Of a DNA stretch of 64,000 bases, positions 55,646 to 64,000 are shown piece after piece. The notes under the pieces are model-generated. The model was not told the origin of the DNA, did not search any database, and saw only the letters and a list, made by a program, of their open reading frames with translations. A program made the position numbers and the translations under genes. Positions within the stretch are counted from its first letter, which is position 1. Every line of letters begins with the position of its first letter. Where the stretch lies: the sequence record SRR31156797_505. One strand, given 5' to 3'.

Positions 55646-57700
55646 ATGTCGACTTTTAAAAGTCTGATTCGCAGTGTTGCTACAGTTACGCTGTGTTTTT
55701 GCGTGTCTTTTTCTAATTTGTATGCAGATGATATTTTAGCTGATTCATTCACTCTGGATGATCTTCTCAATGAAGTAGTGCAAACTCACCCGACAATCAA
55801 AGAATCCTTTCAGGTTCTCGAAGGGCTTAAGTATGAAGTAGAGTCTGCCAAAAGTGGACGTAAGCCGAAAGTTGGGCTAGAGGGGCAGTACGGTCGTGAG
55901 TACAATAACGGACTTGATACGGACGATGAAGGGATAACCCTTAACACTGGTAAAGCTGGTGTTTATGCTAGGCAGAATCTCTATGATGGTGATGGTGTAG
56001 ACAGTTTAGTTGAAGAGACCAGAGCGAGGAAGATGTCCGCAGCTTACGAAGTTCTCAATGTAGCCAATAAAACCTTCATCGAATCCGCAGAAGCGTATCT
56101 TGGTGTTCTGAAAGAGCGTGACCTCTTGGAGCTTTCAAAAGCGAATGTGTATACTCAGGCTCAGATACTTGAGCAGATCAGAGAAAAGACTGAGGCCGGT
56201 TTCGGAAGGAAATCAGACCTTATAAATTCTCAGTCAAGACTTGCTATCGCCCGTGCAAACGTTATTTCGCAACAGCAAAATCTTAAACAGGCAATGGTTA
56301 GACTTCATAAGCATCTCGGTAAATATGTAAACCCGAAAAAACTTATTGTTCCTGATAGGATATATGAATTTCCGCATGATATAGGCAACCTTGTAAACCT
56401 CGCTTTCGATAAATACCCTGCTATCAAAGTGGCTAAGTATAATGTTATCGCTAAGAAATACGCTTTGAAACGTACTGACGCACTATTCCACCCGACAATT
56501 GATGCGGAAGTCCGAGCTGACTATTCAAGCAATACTGGCGGCGACCCGGGGAACAACAGAAGCGCCAGCGCTATGCTTTATTTTAACTATGATATTTATG
56601 ACGGCGGAAAGCGTGGCAATGATAAGAAGAAAGATTATGCGGCACTGCTTAAAGAGCATGAGCGCAGCTATATAGAGAGAAGAAATCTTAACGAATCAGT
56701 AAGGCTTGCGTGGAACATTATGCAGGCGGAAGAGAGGAAAAACGGATTTCTTAAAGAGCACTTAAGACTTAGTAAAGAGACTCTGGATGCTTTTGTTGAA
56801 GAGTATCAGCTTGGTAAGAGAACTCTTGTTGAGCTTCTGGATATGGAAAATGCGCATCAGGCTGCTAAAGAGGCGAATGTTGAATCTGACTTCGCTACGC
56901 TTATAGCTAAGTATAGAGTTTTATTTGTTACAGGAATCCTTGTTTATGATTTTAAAACTGAGCTTATCGAAAAGGTAGGAGTTCTTAACAGGGACTTTAA
57001 GATTAATGAACTTAAGAAATATAATGAATTTGAGAACAATAGAGACTTTGATATTGTAAAAGATGGTTATGATCAGTGTGATAACTCAACTTTTTACTCT
57101 GATAATAATATTTTTGGCTGTGTGGATTACTTCGGTGTTGAGGTTGGATATGAGATTCCTAAGAATCTTGAGCCTTACATAAGACCTAAAGGCGAAGAGT
57201 CTCTCGACGATGAGGAATCACTCGGTGAACCGGATTCATTAGGTGAGCCTGAGTCGTTAGGGGAACCTGAAAGCCTTGGAGAGCCGGAGTCGCTTGGCGA
57301 ACCGGAGAGTTTGGGCGAACCTGAACCTGTGGAAGAGCCAAAGCCGGTTAAAAAAATAGAGATAACTAACTATAACAATATACTTTTCGAGTTGAACTCC
57401 AGCAGGCTGAAGAGATCGTCCCGTAGGGTGATAGACAAGATAGCTAAAGAGCTTCTGGCGCTTGGCAGTTTCAATCTTGAGATTATCGGACACACTGATA
57501 CATCAGGAAGGGCATCATTTAATAAAAAACTATCAGCGAAAAGGGCAAAGGCAGTTTATAATAGACTAGTGAGTAAAGGTGTTCCTGCTGAATATATGAC
57601 TACAGAAGGTAAAGGTGAGGCTGAGCCTCTTCATAGCAATAGAACCAGAGCAGGAAGAATTAAGAACCGCAGGATTGAATTGAAGCTTAGCCATAACTAG
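55646..57700 (+). CDS. TolC-family outer membrane protein (LapE/AggA-type) fused to an OmpA-like peptidoglycan-binding domain
   Basis: HP.I, QNLYDG, AEAYL.VL and Y.LGKRTL.ELLD.E, then LFELNS, IIGHTD.SG, N..LS.KRA.AV and NRRIE. Confidence 0.88.
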   Translation: MSTFKSLIRSVATVTLCFCVSFSNLYADDILADSFTLDDLLNEVVQTHPTIKESFQVLEGLKYEVESAKSGRKPKVGLEGQYGREYNNGLDTDDEGITLNTGKAGVYARQNLYDGDGVDSLVEETRARKMSAAYEVLNVANKTFIESAEAYLGVLKERDLLELSKANVYTQAQILEQIREKTEAGFGRKSDLINSQSRLAIARANVISQQQNLKQAMVRLHKHLGKYVNPKKLIVPDRIYEFPHDIGNLVNLAFDKYPAIKVAKYNVIAKKYALKRTDALFHPTIDAEVRADYSSNTGGDPGNNRSASAMLYFNYDIYDGGKRGNDKKKDYAALLKEHERSYIERRNLNESVRLAWNIMQAEERKNGFLKEHLRLSKETLDAFVEEYQLGKRTLVELLDMENAHQAAKEANVESDFATLIAKYRVLFVTGILVYDFKTELIEKVGVLNRDFKINELKKYNEFENNRDFDIVKDGYDQCDNSTFYSDNNIFGCVDYFGVEVGYEIPKNLEPYIRPKGEESLDDEESLGEPDSLGEPESLGEPESLGEPESLGEPESLGEPEPVEEPKPVKKIEITNYNNILFELNSSRLKRSSRRVIDKIAKELLALGSFNLEIIGHTDTSGRASFNKKLSAKRAKAVYNRLVSKGVPAEYMTTEGKGEAEPLHSNRTRAGRIKNRRIELKLSHN
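57215..57322 (+). repeat. In-frame (E/D)SLGEP x6 tandem peptide repeat
   Basis: Six 18-nt units: gaatcactcggtgaaccg, gattcattaggtgagcct, gagtcgttaggggaacct, gaaagccttggagagccg, gagtcgcttggcgaaccg and gagagtttgggcgaacct. Confidence 0.95.
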
Positions 57701-57706
57701 TAAAAT

Positions 57707-58390
57707 ATGTTTAACAAAAAGAGTTTAGCTGTTGCACTTTTTTTTATTATGCTCGCCGCTGTCTGTGTAAGCGCTCCGGGCACTTTCTATCTGCCGGATG
57801 CAGAGCTGCAAGCTTATTCCGGTAAATACGGCGATGGCGCAACCAAAAGGCTTAGCAGTCTTTTGACTCTTATGGATAGTTTGAAAACCGTGGCCGAAGA
57901 CAAGAAGGTCATAAAGGTAAACAGTTTTTTTAATCAACTTCGTTACAAGACAGACCAGGCGAACTGGGGTAAGAGCGACTATTGGGCCAGCAGGCTTGAG
58001 TTTCTCGGTGTGGGGCGTGGCGACTGTGAAGACTATGCAGTAGCCAAATTCCTGACCTTATTACAGCTTGGTGTTCCTGAAAAAAAGCTGTTTCTTACCT
58101 ATGTAAAAGTTAAAGCACCAAAAAATAATAAACCACGTGAGTTTTCTGAGAATTCTCACATGGTTGTAACATATTATAAAAAGCCGGGAACTGTTCCTTT
58201 TGTCCTTGATAACTATGACAAAAAGATCAAACCCGCTACAAAAAGGGCTGACCTTGTTCCTGTGTATAGTTTTACAGCTAACGACCTCTTTTTGCAAAAG
58301 CAGAAAGGTCTCGGTAAGAGGGTCGACCCGTCGCAGTCCAAGAATGTGAAAAACTTAAAGTCTGTCAATCTTGAGATTAAGAAGAGGTAG
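57707..58390 (+). CDS. lapG: Transglutaminase-like periplasmic cysteine protease LapG
   Basis: VNSFFN, D...WG..DYWA, GDCEDYA.AK, HMV and LDN (Cys-His-Asp triad). Confidence 0.9.
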   Translation: MFNKKSLAVALFFIMLAAVCVSAPGTFYLPDAELQAYSGKYGDGATKRLSSLLTLMDSLKTVAEDKKVIKVNSFFNQLRYKTDQANWGKSDYWASRLEFLGVGRGDCEDYAVAKFLTLLQLGVPEKKLFLTYVKVKAPKNNKPREFSENSHMVVTYYKKPGTVPFVLDNYDKKIKPATKRADLVPVYSFTANDLFLQKQKGLGKRVDPSQSKNVKNLKSVNLEIKKR

Positions 58391-58395
58391 CTTAT

Positions 58396-60339
58396 ATGAC
58401 ACTGTTTAAGCAAATACAGATATTCATCGCCTTACTGCTGATTGTTATGCTTGCTGTTGTTTTAAAGATTAACTTTGATAACAGTAAAGATTTTGTACGG
58501 ACTCAGCTATATTCTAACTCTAAAAACACTGCCAACACCTTATCCCTGTCGCTAAGCAGCGTTACATCTGATCAGGGGACAATGACCACTATGATTCAGG
58601 CTATGTTTGACGGCGGCTATTTCGAAGAGATCAGACTTACAGATGCCGAAGGTAAAGAGCTTGATAGGCTCCATCAGGAACCCATTATAGAAGGCGTTCC
58701 GGAGTTTTTCGTTAATATGGTGAATTTTGAAAATATCCCCGCTGAGGCACAGATTTCAAGCGGCTGGTCTATATTCGGAACACTCAGTGTCAAAGGGCAT
58801 CCCGGGCTATCATACATACGGCTTTGGAATACTTTTAAATTCCTCGCTATCTGGTTCGCTGGGATAGGTGCGGTTGCTCTTATAGTGACGAATATGGTCT
58901 TAAGGGTAATATTCAGACCTCTTGATGCCGTTAAGGCTCAGGCGGAAGCTATTGAAGATAATGAATTTATTATTAATGAGAATATCCCTTCAACACCTGA
59001 GATGAAGCAGGTTGTGACCACTATGAACAGTATGGTATCCAAAGCGCAGGTTATTTATAACAGAGAGATCGAAGCTCTGAACAATTATCAGGAGCTTTTA
59101 TATAAAGATCAGCAGACAGGACTTTTCAACAGAAAATATTTCATAAAACAGCTTAATCAGTTCCTCGATTCAGATGACGAACACTCCAGTGGTGAGCTTA
59201 TAATGCTCTCTTTCGAGGGGCTTGAGGACGCTTCTGCTGAGGCTGGACACAAGGCTATGGATGGATTATTTCAAACATGTACAGGTGCGCTCCTCGATGC
59301 TAGCGATGGGGTTCTTAACGCTGTACCTGCATTTCTTAACAGGAAAGAATTTGCGCTTATCCTTCCGGCTATGGAAGCTGAGGACGGTGAAAAGAGCGCA
59401 AAAGAGATAACTAAAAAAGTTTATGAATTTATACAGAACCATGAAGACTTAAAGGACACGCTGAATGTCTTCTCCGGTTGTGCGCAGTATTCTTATGAGG
59501 AAGACTTAGGTAAGGTAATGTCTAAAGTTGACTATGCTGTTACAGTGGCTAAGTCTATGAACTCAGGCAGCTCTCAGAGGTTTAAAGATGACGGCTCACA
59601 GGTTGTTCTTGGTAAGATGGAGTGGAAGAGCATGATCGAAGAAGCTCTCGAAGAGAATAGATTCCAGCTCACTTATCAGCCTGTAATATCAGAGACTGGT
59701 GAGTTTCATCAGGAAATTTATGTAAATATGAAAGACTCCGAAGGGGTTGTCCAGCGTGCAGGTTTCTTCATGCCGATGGTGATAAGCCTTAACCTCGCCA
59801 ATAACCTCGACAGATATGTGCTCGAAAAGAGTGTGGAATATCTTGCTGAGAAGGAAGACGGGACTCTCGCTATTAATATTACAGATATGTTCCTTAATGA
59901 CAGGGCGTCATTTTCATGGTTTAGAAAGTTGCTCGTTTCTTCTAAGAACCTTAGTAGCAGGCTAACTTTTGAGATATCAGATAGTGCGATAAAGAATCAT
60001 CTCGATATTTGTCTCGACTTTTCCGGTCTGATCAAAGGGTTAGGCTTCACATTTGGGGTAGACAGGTTTAATATGTCTAAGGAGTCTCTTGAGAATCTTC
60101 AGCAGCTTAAACCGAATTATCTTAAAGTTGACTGGGATTTCCTTATTAATGAAGAGGACGGAACTGTCGCAGCTTCCCTTAAATCTCTTCAGACTGTAAC
60201 AGATAGTTTAGGTATAAAGCTTATCGCTACTAAGATAGATAATGATGAACTTAAGCAGAAGCTTGAAGATCATAATATTAAGTATTTTCAAGGGCGCGGC
60301 ATAGCCGGAATCAACCCACTGGTAAGTAATAATGAGTAA
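58396..60339 (+). CDS. lapD: LapD-type c-di-GMP receptor (LapD/MoxY periplasmic domain, HAMP, degenerate GGDEF and EAL)
   Basis: MTLFKQI, NTANTLSLSL, AMFDGGYF, P.FF and GW..FG.L.V. GGDEF is replaced by NRKEF and EAL by EIY. Confidence 0.9.
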   Translation: MTLFKQIQIFIALLLIVMLAVVLKINFDNSKDFVRTQLYSNSKNTANTLSLSLSSVTSDQGTMTTMIQAMFDGGYFEEIRLTDAEGKELDRLHQEPIIEGVPEFFVNMVNFENIPAEAQISSGWSIFGTLSVKGHPGLSYIRLWNTFKFLAIWFAGIGAVALIVTNMVLRVIFRPLDAVKAQAEAIEDNEFIINENIPSTPEMKQVVTTMNSMVSKAQVIYNREIEALNNYQELLYKDQQTGLFNRKYFIKQLNQFLDSDDEHSSGELIMLSFEGLEDASAEAGHKAMDGLFQTCTGALLDASDGVLNAVPAFLNRKEFALILPAMEAEDGEKSAKEITKKVYEFIQNHEDLKDTLNVFSGCAQYSYEEDLGKVMSKVDYAVTVAKSMNSGSSQRFKDDGSQVVLGKMEWKSMIEEALEENRFQLTYQPVISETGEFHQEIYVNMKDSEGVVQRAGFFMPMVISLNLANNLDRYVLEKSVEYLAEKEDGTLAINITDMFLNDRASFSWFRKLLVSSKNLSSRLTFEISDSAIKNHLDICLDFSGLIKGLGFTFGVDRFNMSKESLENLQQLKPNYLKVDWDFLINEEDGTVAASLKSLQTVTDSLGIKLIATKIDNDELKQKLEDHNIKYFQGRGIAGINPLVSNNE

Positions 60340-62482
60340 TCTAACGACAAATAATGACCCTTTAATGCATTGCCTTGTTCTGCTGACAAAGCTGAACAAT
60401 AGACCAGCCACAGCGGAGGCATTGTCTCACGGGCTTCCTATGGATCCTTCTGAGCTGAGGCAGAGGCTTTTTAGCACTGAGGGTGGCAAAGCTAATTTTT
60501 CAAGAGCTGCGGCAAGAGCTGGATTTAAAACAAGCCTTGTTAAGCGCAAGCTGAAGAGCATCCCTGTTGTAGTTCTCCCTGCGATACTCCTTTTAAAAGA
60601 TGATAGTGCTTGTGTGATCACAGCAATTGATAAAGAAGCCGGATTGGCAGAGATTATAGTCCCTTCCGTTGATGAGGTTCCTCAGGAGATATCACTTGAT
60701 AAGCTTGATGAGGAGTATATCGGTTTTACATTCTTTCTTAAAAAGATTTACATGGATGACCGTCCTGAATATCAGGAAAAGGATGCGAACGCTTCTGATA
60801 AAAACTGGTTCTTTAAGACATTGTGGCGATTCAAAGGCATCTATATGAATGTTATAATAGCGTCACTTCTGATAAATATTTTCGTAGTAGTAGGTCCGCT
60901 GTTTACCATGAATGTTTACGACAGGGTTATACCTCATAATGCCGTTGACACCTTGATGGTGCTTGCGATAGGTATGTTTGTGGTTTACTGTTTCGACATG
61001 CTTCTTAAATTCCTTCGGGCATACTTTCTCGAGGTGATAGCGAAGAAGAGTGACGTGATTTTGTCATCGATGATATTCGAGCAGGCTCTTAACATTAAAA
61101 TGGGTGAAAAGCCTAAATCTGTCGGTACATTCGCTAACAGTATCAAAGATTTCGACAGTATAAGGTCATTCTATTCGTCCAGTGCCCTTGTGGCGTTTAT
61201 CGACCTCCCTTTTGTTTTTATATTCCTCGCTGTGATATCTTATCTGGCGGGGCAGCTTGTGCTTGTGCCTACAGCGATAATCGTATGCATTATAATGTAC
61301 AGTCTGGTGGTCAGAAAACCTCTCCAGAGCAGTATCGAAAGCACATATGATTCGTCAGCAAGAAAAAACGGGCTTCTCATCGAAGCTCTTTCAAATATGG
61401 AAAATATCAAATCCTTTAATGCGAGCAGCGGTGTTCAGTGGGCTTGGGAAGAGCGCACAGGCGACATAGCAGGGAAGAGCATCCGTTCGAGAATGCTTTC
61501 CAGCTCACTATCGACTGTATCAACTTTCCTAACACAGCTCTCTACAGTCGCTATAGTTGTTGTGGGCGTTTACCTTATCAAAGAGGGCGAGCTCACAATG
61601 GGTGGTTTGATAGCTACAGTAATCCTTTCATCGAGAACAATTGGTCCTATGTCACAGGTAGCGTCTCTGCTTTCTAACTATCAGCAGATGAAGACATCTC
61701 TCAATGGTCTTAACGACCTTATGGCGAAAGATGTTGAAAGACCTGAAAAGAAAAGCTTTATCAGCAGACCGACATTCAAAGGTTCACTCGAGTTTAAAGA
61801 TGTTACCTTCTGCTATCCTGATGAGACTACTCAGGCTTTAGCGGGAGTTAATCTTAAGATTAGCCCGAAGGAGCGTGTGGGGATTGTCGGGCAGGTAGGC
61901 TCAGGTAAGTCTACACTTAGCAAGCTGATTTTAGGGCTTTACGAGCCGGCAGAGGGCGGAGTTTTTGTAGACGGAATCGACATTAAACAGATGGACCCTG
62001 CCGACCTCAGACATAATATAAGCTACGTTCCACAGGATGTAACTCTCTTCTCAGGGACAGTACGGGAGAATATAGTTTTCAAAGCTCCGCACTCAGAAGA
62101 TGAAGCTATCTTAAACGCTGTGCAGGTTGGTCATGTAAACAATTTTACAGACAGGCACCCGATGGGGTTAGATCTCTTCGTTGGTGAGCGTGGTGCGCAT
62201 CTTTCCGGCGGACAGAGGCAGTCAGTTGCTGTGGCGAGAGCTATGCTGACCGACAGCCCGATAGTCCTTATGGACGAACCTACAAACGCAATGGACTTTA
62301 CAACTGAGGCGAAGGTTATCCAAAACCTTAAGAAAGCTACAGAGGGTAAAACGGTAATAGTTATTACACATAAACCATCTATCCTTGCCATTGTTGACAG
62401 GCTTGTTGTTATGGAAAGTGGTAAGATTGTTATGGATGGACCTAAGAACGAAGTTTTACAAAAGCTGGGTAAAAGCAGATGA
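60332..62482 (+). CDS. lapB: Type I secretion ABC transporter (LapB/LssB-type)
   Basis: C39-like N-terminus, MNVYDRV.P, GQVGSGKST, LSGGQRQ and DEPT. Confidence 0.9.
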   Translation: MSNLTTNNDPLMHCLVLLTKLNNRPATAEALSHGLPMDPSELRQRLFSTEGGKANFSRAAARAGFKTSLVKRKLKSIPVVVLPAILLLKDDSACVITAIDKEAGLAEIIVPSVDEVPQEISLDKLDEEYIGFTFFLKKIYMDDRPEYQEKDANASDKNWFFKTLWRFKGIYMNVIIASLLINIFVVVGPLFTMNVYDRVIPHNAVDTLMVLAIGMFVVYCFDMLLKFLRAYFLEVIAKKSDVILSSMIFEQALNIKMGEKPKSVGTFANSIKDFDSIRSFYSSSALVAFIDLPFVFIFLAVISYLAGQLVLVPTAIIVCIIMYSLVVRKPLQSSIESTYDSSARKNGLLIEALSNMENIKSFNASSGVQWAWEERTGDIAGKSIRSRMLSSSLSTVSTFLTQLSTVAIVVVGVYLIKEGELTMGGLIATVILSSRTIGPMSQVASLLSNYQQMKTSLNGLNDLMAKDVERPEKKSFISRPTFKGSLEFKDVTFCYPDETTQALAGVNLKISPKERVGIVGQVGSGKSTLSKLILGLYEPAEGGVFVDGIDIKQMDPADLRHNISYVPQDVTLFSGTVRENIVFKAPHSEDEAILNAVQVGHVNNFTDRHPMGLDLFVGERGAHLSGGQRQSVAVARAMLTDSPIVLMDEPTNAMDFTTEAKVIQNLKKATEGKTVIVITHKPSILAIVDRLVVMESGKIVMDGPKNEVLQKLGKSR

Positions 62483-63828
62483 CGGATAAAAAATCAACAA
62501 TGAAAAGAAAGAAAATCTCAGATAAAGATATAGCATTTATGAAGAGTCTCAATCAGGCTGTGCTTCAGCGTAGCCCTGTGAGGATGTCTCTGGTGCTATA
62601 CATAGTTGCGGCACTTACTTTTGCGTTTATTGCGTGGGCTAATTTTGCTGATGTTGATGAGATGACCAGAGGTATGGGGCGTGTTATCCCTTCGAAGCAG
62701 ATTCAGATTGTTCAAAACCTTGAGGGTGGAATTATCGAGGATATTCATGTTCATGAAGGACAGCGTGTTAAAAAAGGCGAAGTTCTCCTTACCATAGACG
62801 ACACAGGGTTCGGCTCATCATTCGAAGAGAGTAAATCTAAAGAGGATGAGCTTAAAGCGAAACTTGGGCGACTCAGAGCAGAATCAGAAGGTAAAGGGTT
62901 TAAGCCGAGCGAAGAGGCACTTAGAGACTATCCTGAACTTGTGCGTGAGGAGCAGAACCTTTACAGAGCTAATCAGAATAGAATAAATAGTGAAATAGCT
63001 TCACTTAAACAGAGGGTTCGCCAGAGGGAGATTGAGCTTCAGGATGCCAAGGCGAACATTAACAACCTCAAACAGAGTAGAAAGCTTATACTTAAAGAGA
63101 AAAAGCTTACAGACCCGCTTTTTAAAAAGGGGCTGGTCTCTGAGGTGGAATACCTACAGCTTGAACAGAAAGTTATTGAGAATAAAACCGAACTTGAGTC
63201 GCTTGAAAAATCTCTAGGCTCTATCAGGTCTAAGATTTCTGAGGCGAAAAGTATGATTGCTGAGGTTAAGGCTAAGGCTCAATCCATTGCGCAGCAGGAG
63301 CTTAACGAGGTTCTGGCTGAGCTTAAAAGACTTAGTTCAACACAAGTAGCAATTGAGGACAGGGTAAATAGAGCACTTGTTCGAAGCCCGGTTAATGGTA
63401 CGGTAAACCAGCTTCTGGTAAACACCATTGGCGGTGTTGTGAAGCCGGGTATGGATATATTAGAGATAGTTCCTGAGGATGATGCACTTCTTGTAGAGGC
63501 TAAGATAAAGCCTTCTGATATTGCATTTATTTATCCAGGGCTTAAGGCTGTTGTAAAGCTTACGGCGTATGATTACGCTATTTACGGCGGTCTCGAAGGC
63601 TCCGTAGTTCACATAAGTGCGGACACGATTGTGGACGAAAAGCAGGAGCATTTCTATTTGGTAAGGATAAAAACAGACACAAACTTCCTCGGTGACGAGG
63701 AAAATAAAAAAGACATTATTGTTGGTATGACAGTTATTGCGGATATCGTAACAGGTAAAAAGACGGTTATGCAGTACCTGATGAAGCCGATTCTTCGGGC
63801 AAAGTATAACGCACTAAGGGAGAGGTAA
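62479..63828 (+). CDS. lapC: HlyD-family type I secretion membrane fusion protein (LapC-type)
   Basis: G.VIPS..IQ.VQNLEGG, RSPVNG.V, GGVV.PG, AYDYAIYG and YLMKP. Confidence 0.92.
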   Translation: MTDKKSTMKRKKISDKDIAFMKSLNQAVLQRSPVRMSLVLYIVAALTFAFIAWANFADVDEMTRGMGRVIPSKQIQIVQNLEGGIIEDIHVHEGQRVKKGEVLLTIDDTGFGSSFEESKSKEDELKAKLGRLRAESEGKGFKPSEEALRDYPELVREEQNLYRANQNRINSEIASLKQRVRQREIELQDAKANINNLKQSRKLILKEKKLTDPLFKKGLVSEVEYLQLEQKVIENKTELESLEKSLGSIRSKISEAKSMIAEVKAKAQSIAQQELNEVLAELKRLSSTQVAIEDRVNRALVRSPVNGTVNQLLVNTIGGVVKPGMDILEIVPEDDALLVEAKIKPSDIAFIYPGLKAVVKLTAYDYAIYGGLEGSVVHISADTIVDEKQEHFYLVRIKTDTNFLGDEENKKDIIVGMTVIADIVTGKKTVMQYLMKPILRAKYNALRER

Positions 63829-64000
63829 TGTTTGTACTAATAAGTAAAGATAAGTTTGTTTGTGAACGCTTTGCATCTGCTTTGAAGAGCGGATATAAGA
63901 TATTCGACAGCTATAAGAGCCTTGTGGCAGGTTATAAGATTCAGGCTGGCGATGTTGTTGTGGCAGATATTGGCTCTGTTGAGGCTTTTGACATGACAAA
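63828..64000 (+). CDS. Partial ORF (3'-truncated), possibly a response-regulator-like protein
   Basis: The ATG overlaps the lapC stop (TAATG) with a GGAGAGG RBS. It reads MFVLISKDKFVCERFASAL...GDVVVADI, open to the window end. Confidence 0.5.
   Translation, partial: MFVLISKDKFVCERFASALKSGYKIFDSYKSLVAGYKIQAGDVVVADIGSVEAFDMT

Noticed and set aside
57215..57322. Phase-variable VNTR or mini CRISPR array
   Set aside because: The units are in-frame 18-mers diverged at synonymous positions, with no spacers.

Overview
The window is gene-dense bacterial chromosome from an anaerobic Gram-negative nitrate respirer. Gene content and protein styles suggest Deferribacterota (Denitrovibrio-like); this is inference, not a search result. 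Housekeeping genes: hppA (5'-truncated), ychF, moaC, a split nitrilase + nadE pair, guaB, guaA, lolC/E, dnaX, lpxK, msbA, ybaK and an lpdA-like gene. Larger modules: a napM-A-D-G-H periplasmic nitrate reductase cluster with a Crp/Fnr regulator, an octaheme OTR-like cytochrome, two diguanylate cyclases, a three-gene split and divergent glutamate-synthase-like operon, an ABC importer, a large Cache-like/CheW protein with a sigma54 promoter, and a LapE/G/D/B/C-type type I secretion and c-di-GMP adhesion module. I found no rRNA, tRNA, CRISPR array, integrase or transposase. The most interesting signals lie outside the ORF track: (1) an unannotated 31-aa NapE-like ORF heading the nap operon; (2) an A10 run in dnaX with immediate stops in both shifted frames, a candidate tau/gamma recoding site; (3) a terminator/antiterminator leader ahead of the glutamate-synthase-like operon, whose FMN domain has altered signature residues; (4) a family of structured, MITE-like repeats sitting directly behind stop codons; (5) a class II Crp/Fnr promoter at -41.5 geometry driving a small Cys-rich protein; (6) a TolC-OmpA fusion with a codon-scrambled (E/D)SLGEP x6 linker; (7) orphan phage- or toxin-antitoxin-like genes.
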